Below, piece after piece: positions 44,702 to 54,971 of a stretch of DNA of 64,000 bases. Both the position numbers and the translations under genes were made by a program. The notes beneath the pieces were generated by a model, which did no database searches, was not told the origin of the DNA, and saw nothing but the letters and a program-made list of their open reading frames with translations. Source of the DNA: a virus; the IMG/VR virus record IMGVR_UViG_3300021963_000057, positions 32,001 through 96,000 of that record, one strand, 5' to 3'. Each line of letters opens with the position of its first letter. The stretch's first letter is position 1.

Positions 44702-45993
44702 TATTTTTAACCTTACTAACAGCAATAGCATTATCGGCCGTTGCTGGTTACTATTCTGTTATTGGTTTAGCAGAAATCTTTCCAGGTTCTTTCTGGCCAG
44801 TCATTATTATGGGTTCGATACTTGAAGCATCGAAACTAGTAACTGTATCTTGGTTGTATAGGAACTGGAAAAAATGTCCAATATTAATCAAATCCTATTT
44901 GTCAGTTGCCGTAACGATTTTGATGTTGATTACTTCCATGGGTATCTTTGGTTTCTTATCAAAGGCCCATCTGGAACATTCATCAGATAATGCACCACTT
45001 GTGGATAAAATTGCATTACTGGATGAAAAGATTAAAACGGAGAAAGAAAATGTCGAAGCAAACCGCAAGGCAATTAAACAGTATGATGAGGTTGTGGACC
45101 AAACTATGGGTCGCTCAACTGATGAAAAAGGTGCCGCAACAGCGCAAGCAATACGGCGTTCCCAACAGAAAGATAGGACTAGAATACTACAAGAAATTCA
45201 ACAGTCGCAAGCCGCCATTGCCAAATACTCCGAGGAACGTGCGCCTCTATCTACAGAGCTTAAAAAGGTCGAAGCGGATATCGGACCAATCAAATACATT
45301 GCAGCCTTGGCGTATGGTACAGAGGCTTCTACAGATATTATCGACAAAGCAGTAAGACTTGTTATTCTATTGATTATTGTTGTGTTTGATCCATTGGCAA
45401 TTTTATTGTTGATTGCATACAACATGTCAATGAAAGAAAAAGAAGGTTACAATGATGTTGAGACATTCTTTAAACGTGCTAGAGAAACTGCCAAAGAATT
45501 GGATGAAGAATCTAAAAAAGGTTTTGTAGCACAAGAGATTGCATCTGTGATACCTGAAGCGGTAATAGAAGAAGAACCTGAAACTGTGTCTGTCAATAGT
45601 GAATTGGTTATGGCTCACATGGTGAAAGCACTTCAAGAATTAAATGAAAAAGTTGATAATCGTGTTGATCCACATGCATACTTAAAGAAACCATTTAAAC
45701 ACTTTGAGAATTTGAAACCAATGGTTGCACCAGTTAAACAAATACCTGAAGCAATACCTGTTGAACAACCAAAACAAGATACTGTTGAAATTAAAAAAGA
45801 TAACATGATTGTAATTGATGATGTGACTGGTGAAACAATACCACCAATTACACATGAAAAAGTCGAGGTTCATGTGGCACCAGGAATGCATGAAGAACAT
45901 CATGTACCTATTAAAACACTTGAACCTAAGTATGATTATGAAGAACCTTATTCGTTCAAAGAAAAAGAAGTTCGTGATGCTGGTAAATTTTAA
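44698..45993 (+). CDS. membrane coiled-coil protein
   Basis: N-terminal TMs, GPIKYIA, VFDPLA. Confidence 0.65.
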   Translation: MIFLTLLTAIALSAVAGYYSVIGLAEIFPGSFWPVIIMGSILEASKLVTVSWLYRNWKKCPILIKSYLSVAVTILMLITSMGIFGFLSKAHLEHSSDNAPLVDKIALLDEKIKTEKENVEANRKAIKQYDEVVDQTMGRSTDEKGAATAQAIRRSQQKDRTRILQEIQQSQAAIAKYSEERAPLSTELKKVEADIGPIKYIAALAYGTEASTDIIDKAVRLVILLIIVVFDPLAILLLIAYNMSMKEKEGYNDVETFFKRARETAKELDEESKKGFVAQEIASVIPEAVIEEEPETVSVNSELVMAHMVKALQELNEKVDNRVDPHAYLKKPFKHFENLKPMVAPVKQIPEAIPVEQPKQDTVEIKKDNMIVIDDVTGETIPPITHEKVEVHVAPGMHEEHHVPIKTLEPKYDYEEPYSFKEKEVRDAGKF

Positions 45994-46003
45994 AGGATGA
46001 AAT

Positions 46004-47071
46004 ATGAGTATATTAGATAAAATTAAAAAGAATAGTAGTATCAAAGATTCTGCTATCTTAGCTAAATCAAAATTCTTCAATGAGAAGGATATGATTCCAA
46101 CAGCAGTGCCGATTATTAACGTGGCACTTTCTGGTAAATTAGACGGTGGTCTAACACCAGGTCTTACAATGTGGGCAGGTCCATCCAAACACTTTAAGAC
46201 AGCATTTTCCTTATTGATGGCCAAATCTTACTTGGACAAATATGAAGATGCAGCACTATTATTCTACGATTCGGAGTTTGGTACTCCGCAGTCTTACTTT
46301 GATTCTTTTGGCATCGACACTAACAGGGTGCTCCATACTCCTCTTACAGATATTGAACAACTCAAATTCGATGTGATGGCACAGTTGACACAATTGGAAC
46401 GTGGTGATAAATTAATTATCGTCATTGATTCTATTGGCAACTTAGCATCAAAGAAAGAAGTTGAAGATGCATTGGCGGAAAAATCAGTTGCTGATATGTC
46501 ACGTGCAAAACAAGTTAAGAGTTTGTTTCGTATGGTAACACCACACTTGTCTTTGAAAGACATTCCAATGATTGTTGTTAACCATACATACAAAGAGATT
46601 GGTATGTTCCCGAAAGATATTGTTGGTGGTGGTACTGGTTCATACTACTCAGCGGATAATATCTTTATTATTGGTAGACAACAAGAAAAAGACGGTACAG
46701 AAGTTACCGGTTACAATTTCATAATTAACGTAGAGAAAAGTAGATATGTCAAAGAAAAATCTAAAATACCTGTGTCTGTATCTTTTGACGGTGGTATTAG
46801 CACTTGGTCTGGTTTGTTGGACCTTGCTTTGGAATCCAAGCATGTGGTTAAACCAAAAAATGGTTGGTATCAACGTGTTGACGCTGATGGTGTGATTGAA
46901 GAAAAGAATTACCGTGAGAAGGACACCGATTCCAAAGAGTTCTGGATGCCTATTCTTAAACAGAAATCTTTCCGTGATTTCATTGAGAACAAATACCGTG
47001 TGGCCGCCGGAGAAATTATGACAAGTAATGTCGATGAAACATTTGACATTGAAACTATGAATGGTGCATGA
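46004..47071 (+). CDS. uvsX: RecA-like recombinase UvsX
   Basis: GPSKHFKT, YDSEFG, DSIGNLAS, DMSRAK. Confidence 0.96.
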   Translation: MSILDKIKKNSSIKDSAILAKSKFFNEKDMIPTAVPIINVALSGKLDGGLTPGLTMWAGPSKHFKTAFSLLMAKSYLDKYEDAALLFYDSEFGTPQSYFDSFGIDTNRVLHTPLTDIEQLKFDVMAQLTQLERGDKLIIVIDSIGNLASKKEVEDALAEKSVADMSRAKQVKSLFRMVTPHLSLKDIPMIVVNHTYKEIGMFPKDIVGGGTGSYYSADNIFIIGRQQEKDGTEVTGYNFIINVEKSRYVKEKSKIPVSVSFDGGISTWSGLLDLALESKHVVKPKNGWYQRVDADGVIEEKNYREKDTDSKEFWMPILKQKSFRDFIENKYRVAAGEIMTSNVDETFDIETMNGA

Positions 47072-47394
47072 TGGTAGAAGGAATAGATTACTGCTTCATC
47101 TATCCAAAGGATGATAAAACAGCAGTCAACATTAAATTTTTGGAAGGTCCTTACAAAGATACCATCTTCAAATATGGTAAAGTTAAATTTAAGGAAGAAA
47201 ACGAACAGGTCTATTTACTTTTTGCTTATGATGTGTTAGAATCACCAGTCAAGAAGCCAGCCAAGCTGGAAAAAGATAGTGACTTTAAAAATTATATTGG
47301 TGACTTATTGGTAGAAATAATGTCATCTAACATGGAACAGGAAGTGATTGATGAGACTGGAACAAACGATTCTCAAGAATTTAATTTACAATGA
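47068..47394 (+). CDS. conserved protein in the T4 gp40 position
   Basis: synteny uvsX-x-gp41. Confidence 0.5.
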   Translation: MMVEGIDYCFIYPKDDKTAVNIKFLEGPYKDTIFKYGKVKFKEENEQVYLLFAYDVLESPVKKPAKLEKDSDFKNYIGDLLVEIMSSNMEQEVIDETGTNDSQEFNLQ

Positions 47395-48742
47395 AGAATA
47401 CTTACGTAAGGTACTCCCGTTCATCAAAGAGGATTACTTCCCGGATAGGACCGACAGAGCAATCTTCATTGAGATTTCCAAGTTCACAGAATCTTACAAT
47501 TCTCCACCAACGATTGAAGCACTTGAATTGGCCGTCAAAGAGAGGCGAAATCTCACAGATGATGAAGTGGAGAAGTGCGAGACTAGTCTACAAGAGATTG
47601 TTAAATCTAAAGAAGAAATCTCCAAGATTGACTGGCTGGTTGATAAAACCGAAAAATTCTGCCAAGAGAAGGCCATATACAATGCTGTATTGGGGTCTAT
47701 TTCCATCCTTGACGGAAAAGACAAGACCCAAGATAAAGGGTCTATACCTAAATTACTTTCCGATGCGTTAGCAATTTCTTTTGATAGTTCGGTCGGTCAC
47801 GATTACTTGGAAAACTCCGATGAACGATATGAATTCTACCACAGACATGAAGAAAGAATTCCTTTTGACCTAGAATTCTTCAACAAGATTACAAAAGGTG
47901 GTTTGCCTAACAAAACACTTAACATTGCTCTTGCGGGTACTGGTGTTGGTAAATCATTGTTCATGTGTCACGTGGCCGCAGGTGCTATGGTACAAGGCAA
48001 GAATGTTCTTTATATCACCATGGAAATGAGTGAAGAAAAGATTGCTGAACGTATTGATGCCAACTTATTGAACGTCACAGTAGATGACCTTGTGAATTTA
48101 CCGAAAGATATGTATGATAAAAAGATTGAAAGACTTCGTGAAAAGACTGTTGGAAAACTTATCATTAAAGAATATCCAACAGCGTCTGCAAGCAGCACAC
48201 ACTTTCGGACCTTACTCAATGAGCTCAATCTTAAAAAGTCTTTTGTTCCTGATATTATTTTTATTGATTATCTCAATATTTGTTGCTCATCGAGGATCAA
48301 GGCCGGAGCTAACATCAACTCCTACACCTACGTCAAGTCCATTGCAGAAGAGCTGCGAGGTCTTGCCGTTGAGTTCGGAGTACCTATTGTTTCTGCGACA
48401 CAAACAACTAGAGGTGGATTTACTTCTTCCGATCCCGGACTCGAAGACACAAGTGAGTCTTTTGGTTTGCCCGCTACAGCTGACTTGATGTTTGCTCTTA
48501 TTTCTTCCGAAGAACTAGAAGAAATGGGACAGATTATGGTGAAACAGTTGAAGAATCGTTATAATGATCCAACATATTTCAAACGTTTTACACTAGGCAT
48601 AGATAGAGCAAAGATGAGACTATTTGATGTTGAACAATCGGGTCAAGATGGCATTACAGATTCTGGCCAAGATAAACCACTCAACACATTTGGTAACAGA
48701 GAGAAACCACAGAAGAAATCATTTGATGGATTTAAAGTATGA
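47348..48742 (+). CDS. gp41: replicative helicase
   Basis: AGTGVGKS, IDYLNI, SESFGLPATAD. Confidence 0.96.
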   Translation: MMRLEQTILKNLIYNEEYLRKVLPFIKEDYFPDRTDRAIFIEISKFTESYNSPPTIEALELAVKERRNLTDDEVEKCETSLQEIVKSKEEISKIDWLVDKTEKFCQEKAIYNAVLGSISILDGKDKTQDKGSIPKLLSDALAISFDSSVGHDYLENSDERYEFYHRHEERIPFDLEFFNKITKGGLPNKTLNIALAGTGVGKSLFMCHVAAGAMVQGKNVLYITMEMSEEKIAERIDANLLNVTVDDLVNLPKDMYDKKIERLREKTVGKLIIKEYPTASASSTHFRTLLNELNLKKSFVPDIIFIDYLNICCSSRIKAGANINSYTYVKSIAEELRGLAVEFGVPIVSATQTTRGGFTSSDPGLEDTSESFGLPATADLMFALISSEELEEMGQIMVKQLKNRYNDPTYFKRFTLGIDRAKMRLFDVEQSGQDGITDSGQDKPLNTFGNREKPQKKSFDGFKV

Positions 48743-49845
48743 AATTAGAATTTAATGATGCAGTACATTGTGCCAAAGTATTTGAAGATTACTTTGGTAA
48801 CTTTGACCGTATTGATGAATATATGCGTGACCAGAAGTTGAATTCTCTGGCTGAACTTCCAGCCAATCCATTGTTTCCAATTGAAGATGAGTTATTTCAA
48901 GACTTCACAATGAAACCGGAAGATATGGATTTTGAAGTTGTTGAGATTGATACCGAAACATGGACCAATCTATTGAACATCACTTCATCACATGTGAATA
49001 TTCCACCAGTTGGTCGTAATGTCAAAGTGGCAGTACGTGAGAAGAACACAGGAAAGTACGTAGGTTTCATCCGTCTTGGTTCACCTGTAATCAACTGTAA
49101 ACCTCGTAATGAATTGCTTGGACAAGTGTTTACACAAAAACCTGAGTGGGGTAAACGATTCAACAACTCTGCAATGATGGGTTTTGTTATCGTACCTGCA
49201 CAACCATTTGGTTATAATTATCTTGGTGGTAAACTTCTGGCTGCAATCTGTACGTCACATGAAGTACGTGAGATTGTGAATAAGAAGTATGGTATGAATT
49301 TATGTTTGTTTGAGACTACCAGTTTGTATGGTAGTTCTAAGACTGTATCTCAATATGATGGTATGAAACCATATATCAGATATAAAGGTCTGACAGATTC
49401 TGATTTTCTGCCGATGATGCACGGTAAACCTTATTCAGACCTACGTGATTTCGTGCAGGATAAAGTCGGACCTTTGGTTGAAGATGATGCTTCTAGTAAG
49501 AAACTAAAAATCTCCATGAAGATTATATCACTTACTAAAGCAGCACTTAAAGGTACACCTGAAGGGGATACATTCTTAGCAACGATTGAGAAGGCCAAGG
49601 GGTTGACAGAACAAAAAAGATATTACATTAGTGATTATGGTTTCAGTAACATGGTCGACTATGTAAATTGTAAGACGGACGTGCTTATTCCTGGTGAAAA
49701 TTATGAGAAACACAATCTGGTAAACTTGATTGAATGGTGGAGGAAAAAGGCTTGTAATCGGTATGAAACATTGTATAATGAAAACCGTTTGAAGAATGAA
49801 CTTGAAATTTGGACTTCCGGAAAGGAGATCCAAATTATAAGATAA
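48739..49845 (+). CDS. DUF4338/DruA-like (GNAT-related) protein, paralog 2
   Basis: GYNYLGGKLLAAIC, ETTSLYG..SQYDG. Confidence 0.5.
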   Translation: MKLEFNDAVHCAKVFEDYFGNFDRIDEYMRDQKLNSLAELPANPLFPIEDELFQDFTMKPEDMDFEVVEIDTETWTNLLNITSSHVNIPPVGRNVKVAVREKNTGKYVGFIRLGSPVINCKPRNELLGQVFTQKPEWGKRFNNSAMMGFVIVPAQPFGYNYLGGKLLAAICTSHEVREIVNKKYGMNLCLFETTSLYGSSKTVSQYDGMKPYIRYKGLTDSDFLPMMHGKPYSDLRDFVQDKVGPLVEDDASSKKLKISMKIISLTKAALKGTPEGDTFLATIEKAKGLTEQKRYYISDYGFSNMVDYVNCKTDVLIPGENYEKHNLVNLIEWWRKKACNRYETLYNENRLKNELEIWTSGKEIQIIR

Positions 49846-49866
49846 ATACTTTTTTTGAGGGTTATT

Positions 49867-50943
49867 ATGGCCTATACATTTTTTCCAAAAACAGCAACCG
49901 AAATCAAACAAACTTTAAAAGGCGACAAAGCAAAGATAGATGATATTATCAATGTCTTTGCTTATTTGAAATCAAAATTTCCAAAAGTCGAAACTCCAAT
50001 CAATGTTGATCCTGCAGCAATTGCTAAGATTAATGTTACAAGAGATTTACAAACTGATATTGACCTTGCAAAGATAAAAAGAGAAGCCAAAGTTACAAAA
50101 ATTACCATGAAATATGGTTCTGGATCATCTGGCGGCCGAGGTGTACAGAACAAAGGTAATGCATATGAAGGACAACTTGCAGACGCATTGAGACAATGGT
50201 GGAAAGGTGAAAAAATAACTGATCCAAAATTGTTGCAAGCAGTAGATGATGTAGTTAAACTTCATGATTTAAAAAAATGTAAAAGCCTAGAAGTCAAAGA
50301 GGTTGGTGAACTCAACAACAAAAGACCTTTCATCTTCTCACCACAAGTTCTCATTTCGTCAAAAATTCCTGTACATGATAATAATTTGGGGCCAGTTGTT
50401 ACCGACATTACATTGATTTGCGATAAAAAAGAAATCTATCTAAGTTTGAAAACTGGTGGTACTGTTACATTTTTCAACTCGGGTGTTAGGACTGTTCTTT
50501 CTCCGGCCGAAATCAAAACCGGAAGAATTGCCAACAAGGATGGTTTGAAAATACTTAATATGTTTAATATTAATGATGCTTTGTTTTGTGACATTTTTAA
50601 TGGTAAACTTAAACAAGGTTATGTTGAAGATGTTTGGAAAACAATGTCAGCAAAACAAAAAAGTGAATTGAAAAACTTTTTGATTTCTGGTGTTGGCCAT
50701 GGATATACGATTGTACATAAACTGACGGGTAAAACTGAAGTGTATGAGATTGACAAAAAGTATATGATGGAGGCTGCAACACCTAAATCGTGCAACGTCT
50801 ACTATGGTGGTAAATCGGGAACAGGTAAGCGTATTGACATGGAAATAGAAACAGGTCATTACATTCTTAAACTAAACATACGTGATACACAAGGTGGTGA
50901 TGGTTATCCTACCCGTATGATGTGTGACTACTCTTACATTTAA
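49867..50943 (+). CDS. putative PD-(D/E)XK-fold nuclease
   Basis: GNAYE...TDITL...YLSLK pattern. Confidence 0.45.
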   Translation: MAYTFFPKTATEIKQTLKGDKAKIDDIINVFAYLKSKFPKVETPINVDPAAIAKINVTRDLQTDIDLAKIKREAKVTKITMKYGSGSSGGRGVQNKGNAYEGQLADALRQWWKGEKITDPKLLQAVDDVVKLHDLKKCKSLEVKEVGELNNKRPFIFSPQVLISSKIPVHDNNLGPVVTDITLICDKKEIYLSLKTGGTVTFFNSGVRTVLSPAEIKTGRIANKDGLKILNMFNINDALFCDIFNGKLKQGYVEDVWKTMSAKQKSELKNFLISGVGHGYTIVHKLTGKTEVYEIDKKYMMEAATPKSCNVYYGGKSGTGKRIDMEIETGHYILKLNIRDTQGGDGYPTRMMCDYSYI

Positions 50944-50944
50944 A

Positions 50945-51247
50945 ATGGCACTAACTGATTTCGATAAAATTTTAAAAAGTTACGAAGATACTGAAAATGA
51001 TTTCGGTTTCTCCGCTATATCTGAACATGAATACAACTCTACAATCAAAGAGAGTGTGCAGACTGTTGAGAATTACAAAGTCAATTTGTCTGAAACGGAA
51101 AGACGTTTGGCTGAAGTGGAGAAGATGATTATCCCTTTCCTAAAGAAACTACATAGTACAGGAGATAAAGAATATATCTACTGGCCTAATCGTAAACCAG
51201 CAATTGAAAAACAGATTGAGGCAATTTTAAAATTAACTAGAGGATGA
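50945..51247 (+). CDS. conserved hypothetical protein
   Basis: DFGFSA, YIYWPNR. Confidence 0.65.
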   Translation: MALTDFDKILKSYEDTENDFGFSAISEHEYNSTIKESVQTVENYKVNLSETERRLAEVEKMIIPFLKKLHSTGDKEYIYWPNRKPAIEKQIEAILKLTRG

Positions 51248-51253
51248 TAAATT

Positions 51254-51973
51254 ATGAAGCCGTTAGTGACTGTGATTACACCTACAACAGGTGCACCGTA
51301 TCTACGCCAAGCGATAGAGTCGGTTAAAAATCAAACTTATGATAACATTCAACACTTAGTTGTTGTAGATGGACAACCAAAAGGTCGTGTGATTGCTAGA
51401 GAATATCCACACCTTGATGTAATCGACCTCCCATACCCAACAGGAACCGACCGGTTCAACGGACACCGAATCTATGGTGCATCAGTCTACCTTGCAAAAG
51501 GTGACTTGGTTTGTTTCTTGGATGAAGATAACTACTATGATTACACACATATTGAATCTCTTGTGGATGTAATTCAAAGAGGTAATGATTGGGCTTATTC
51601 TTTACGTAAGATTGTAGACAAAGATGGTAATCATGTCTGTTTGGATGATTGTGAATCATTAGGTAAATGGGAATCTTGCATTGGTGATTATTTTGTTGAC
51701 GTTGGTTGTTTCTTTTTACCAAAGATGATTGCAATTCAAACAAGTCCAATCTGGTACCGTAAGGCAAGAGAACCAGGAGTACCAGAAGTTGATAGAATGT
51801 TGACTCACGTATTGAGAAACAACAACTTGAAATACGACACTAATGCAAATTACAGTTTGAACTATCGTACAGGCAACACCCATTTGTCTGTACAATCTGA
51901 ATTCTTCTTACAAGGAAATAAGAAGATGCTTGAAAAATATAATGGAGATTTACCATGGAACAAAAAGACCTAA
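51254..51973 (+). CDS. glycosyltransferase family 2
   Basis: VTVITPT, SV.NQTY, FLDED. Confidence 0.88.
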   Translation: MKPLVTVITPTTGAPYLRQAIESVKNQTYDNIQHLVVVDGQPKGRVIAREYPHLDVIDLPYPTGTDRFNGHRIYGASVYLAKGDLVCFLDEDNYYDYTHIESLVDVIQRGNDWAYSLRKIVDKDGNHVCLDDCESLGKWESCIGDYFVDVGCFFLPKMIAIQTSPIWYRKAREPGVPEVDRMLTHVLRNNNLKYDTNANYSLNYRTGNTHLSVQSEFFLQGNKKMLEKYNGDLPWNKKT

Positions 51974-52815
51974 TCATAGGCGCATTTAAAAACTATAACT
52001 ACGAACAAGTCAAGCCTTGGATTGAATCAATCAATGAGTGTGGTTTCAAAGGCGATAAAGTACTGATTGCAATTGACGCAACACAAGAAACAATCAACAA
52101 GATTACACAAGCCGGATTCATTGCTATATCAGCAAAATCTATGTCTGGTGCAATGTTTCATATGGAACGTTTCATTCACATCTATGACTATCTGAAAAAA
52201 CATCGTGATGAATATCGTTATGTTGTTAGTACGGATGTGCGTGATGTAATCTTTCAAAAAGACCCTATGGAATATTTGTCACATATCATTACCAGAAATT
52301 CTGGTTATGAATTGATTGGTGTTTCGGAGTGTATCAAAATTAAAGATGAACATTGGAACCGTGATAACATTTTAAAGTGTTTTGGTCAATATTTTTATGA
52401 AGATATTAAAGACTATGAAGTTTTAAATGTTGGTACATTGGCCGGTCTTTCTCATGTTGTTTGTGATTTGTGTGGTATGTTATATCAGTTATCCATGAAT
52501 AGAGCAGATTGGGTTGCTGACCAAGCTGCATATAATGTATTGACAAGTTGGTATCCATACATTGACAAAATTTATATCAGTGGTTTGAATGATGGTTTCT
52601 GTTGCAACTTACACGTTACTAACAAACCAGTTGAGAAAGAACACTTCGCACCATTTATTACGGAAAAACATCCAATCTTTGAGGATGGTGTGATGAAAAC
52701 CGGTGATGGTCAACCATACTACATTGTACACCAATATGACCGTGATCCAGAATTGAAGAAATTTTATCATGATAAGTATAAGGTTGAAGAATTAATTACT
52801 TTTAGGACAATATAA
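51955..52815 (+). CDS. GT-A-like glycosyltransferase
   Basis: TDVRDVIFQ.DP, DQAAYN, VHQYDR. Confidence 0.7.
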   Translation: MEQKDLIIGAFKNYNYEQVKPWIESINECGFKGDKVLIAIDATQETINKITQAGFIAISAKSMSGAMFHMERFIHIYDYLKKHRDEYRYVVSTDVRDVIFQKDPMEYLSHIITRNSGYELIGVSECIKIKDEHWNRDNILKCFGQYFYEDIKDYEVLNVGTLAGLSHVVCDLCGMLYQLSMNRADWVADQAAYNVLTSWYPYIDKIYISGLNDGFCCNLHVTNKPVEKEHFAPFITEKHPIFEDGVMKTGDGQPYYIVHQYDRDPELKKFYHDKYKVEELITFRTI

Positions 52816-53618
52816 TGATTACTATCGTTACTGCTTTTTATGACATTGGCCGTGGTGAATGGACACCAGATAAGGGACTGCCACATTATCTACAGAGAAC
52901 TACTGATACATACATCGAGCGTTTTTCACATATGGCTCAGATGGAAAACGAAATGGTTGTATTCTCTACACCGGATATTATTGAGAAACTGAAACCTTTG
53001 CGTGGTGATAGACCAACAAAATTTGTTTCATTTGATATATTTGATAAGTATAAAGATTTGATTAGAGATGTACACAACATTCAAAAGACTGATGCATTTC
53101 AGAATCTAATCATTCCACAACAACGAGCAAATCCTGAATATTGGAATGCACACTATGTTGTTGTCAACTTTCTCAAGTCTGTGTTTGTAAATTTAGCAAT
53201 CAGACACAATATGGTTAGTAATGAATTGGTTTCTTGGTTGGATTTTGGTTACTGTCGTACAGCAGATAAAGTTCCCGCAAGTAAAAAATGGTCTTATGAT
53301 TTTGATGTTAATAAAATGCACTTATTCAATTACAAAGAATATGATGGTAAACCGATACATGAGATAATTGCAACAAACGATGTTTATATTCTTGGTGCAA
53401 AGATTGTTGGTGGTGTAACAGCATGGCCTAAATTTGAATCTGCAATGAAAGAGAATTTGGTTGACTTGGGCACGAACGGTTTAATTGATGACGACCAGAC
53501 ACTTATGTTAATGTCAACAATTAGATATCCAGAATTGTTTGAACTACACAAGATTCCAGACCACCAACTCGGTCTTGATCCGTTTGTTATTTTTAGTGAC
53601 TTTAATAAAGAGGTATAA
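52815..53618 (+). CDS. HtrL/YibB-family protein (putative glycosyltransferase)
   Basis: TIVTAFYDIGR, WLDFG, DDDQ. Confidence 0.75.
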   Translation: MITIVTAFYDIGRGEWTPDKGLPHYLQRTTDTYIERFSHMAQMENEMVVFSTPDIIEKLKPLRGDRPTKFVSFDIFDKYKDLIRDVHNIQKTDAFQNLIIPQQRANPEYWNAHYVVVNFLKSVFVNLAIRHNMVSNELVSWLDFGYCRTADKVPASKKWSYDFDVNKMHLFNYKEYDGKPIHEIIATNDVYILGAKIVGGVTAWPKFESAMKENLVDLGTNGLIDDDQTLMLMSTIRYPELFELHKIPDHQLGLDPFVIFSDFNKEV

Positions 53619-53619
53619 T

Positions 53620-54186
53620 ATGAGTGATGTAATTAAATTTAATACTGAAACACAAGCATTTGGTGTGCAACGTGCAGTAGCCAAGTGTTCCGGTTACGGA
53701 CTTGGTGAATTGACAAAAGGTATGAAACGTGGTTTAGAAATTGGATGTTCTGAAGCTCACACATCAAAGTTTCTACTTGATACTAATCCAGAATTGACAC
53801 TATATTCAATCGACCCATATGTTCTATATACAGATTGGAACGGTAATGTATTGAATGATAGACAAGAGTTCTTTGAACGTGTTACAAAAGAAATGGCTGT
53901 CTATGGTGATAGGTTTATTTTGATTAGAGATTTCTCGGACAATGTTTTTGGCCGTTTTGAGGATGGCGAATTTGACTTTATCTTTATTGATGGATTGCAC
54001 ACCTACGAACAATTAACAAAAGATTGTCACAACTACTATTCTAAAGTTAAAGTTGGTGGAATCTTCTCTGGTCACGACTATGAGGTTATTCCTGGTGTGA
54101 ATCGAGCAGTAAAAGAGTTTGCACCAACCAAAACTGACAAAGTTCTTACAACTGAATGTGATGTTTGGTACTGGTATAAAAAATGA
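53620..54186 (+). CDS. class I SAM-dependent methyltransferase
   Basis: LEIGC, FIFIDGLHTY, GGIFSGHDY. Confidence 0.85.
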   Translation: MSDVIKFNTETQAFGVQRAVAKCSGYGLGELTKGMKRGLEIGCSEAHTSKFLLDTNPELTLYSIDPYVLYTDWNGNVLNDRQEFFERVTKEMAVYGDRFILIRDFSDNVFGRFEDGEFDFIFIDGLHTYEQLTKDCHNYYSKVKVGGIFSGHDYEVIPGVNRAVKEFAPTKTDKVLTTECDVWYWYKK

Positions 54187-54857
54187 AATCCATTTTTATC
54201 GTAACTTCATGTTTGCGACCAGCAATCGGTGTCTTTAGTCCTGATGAACGTTTGAAACAAACATTAGAAACTATTGATTCCATTAGAAAAAAATCTCCAG
54301 ATTCATTCATCATATTGTCTGATATATCAATAGAACCACTGATAGAAATATATGGAGAGTTGATTTCTAAAGTGGACCTATTCTTAAATTTGAATCAAGT
54401 TGATTATCTATTACACTTCACTAAAAATGGAATGAAAAGCCAAGGTGAATGTGCTATGATGCATGTTGTATTGAACTACCTAAAACAAAATACACAATTA
54501 TTGGAAGGTGTTGACCGCATTTTTAAAATAACTGGTCGACTGCAACTTGATGATGGTTTTGATGTGAAAGAGTATGAAGGACTTAATGGTAAATATGTAT
54601 TTAAGAAACGTATACCAACTTGGATGACTGAACCAATTTATGGTGCAACACACGTTTTTGATACTAGACTGTGGTCAATGTGTACATCCTTGATTGAAAC
54701 TCACACGCAAGCACTAGAAAAAGTGTTTCCCCTATTAGGTCCAATCGACCTGGAACACGCATACTTCACTGTTTTAGATAAAGAAAAAGTGGTAGAATTT
54801 GACAAAGTGCATTGTCGGGGCCAAGTGGCATCTACCGGTGAATGGAAATTTGACTAA
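54183..54857 (+). CDS. hypothetical protein of glycosylation cluster
   Basis: FKITGR motif; coupled ORF. Confidence 0.6.
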   Translation: MKSIFIVTSCLRPAIGVFSPDERLKQTLETIDSIRKKSPDSFIILSDISIEPLIEIYGELISKVDLFLNLNQVDYLLHFTKNGMKSQGECAMMHVVLNYLKQNTQLLEGVDRIFKITGRLQLDDGFDVKEYEGLNGKYVFKKRIPTWMTEPIYGATHVFDTRLWSMCTSLIETHTQALEKVFPLLGPIDLEHAYFTVLDKEKVVEFDKVHCRGQVASTGEWKFD

Positions 54858-54971
54858 TTTAGTTCACTATATATCGAAGCCAAGATTTGACAGTTTTGTG
54901 AATCTGTGGTATAATCCATTATAAATAACCCTACGGACAACCAAAGTGTGTTGTATTTCAATAGGTAGACA

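Noticed and set aside
3513-48742. Inteins or group I introns in gp17, gp20, gp23, gp43, gp41
   Set aside because: ORFs are continuous and of ordinary length with no intein motifs.
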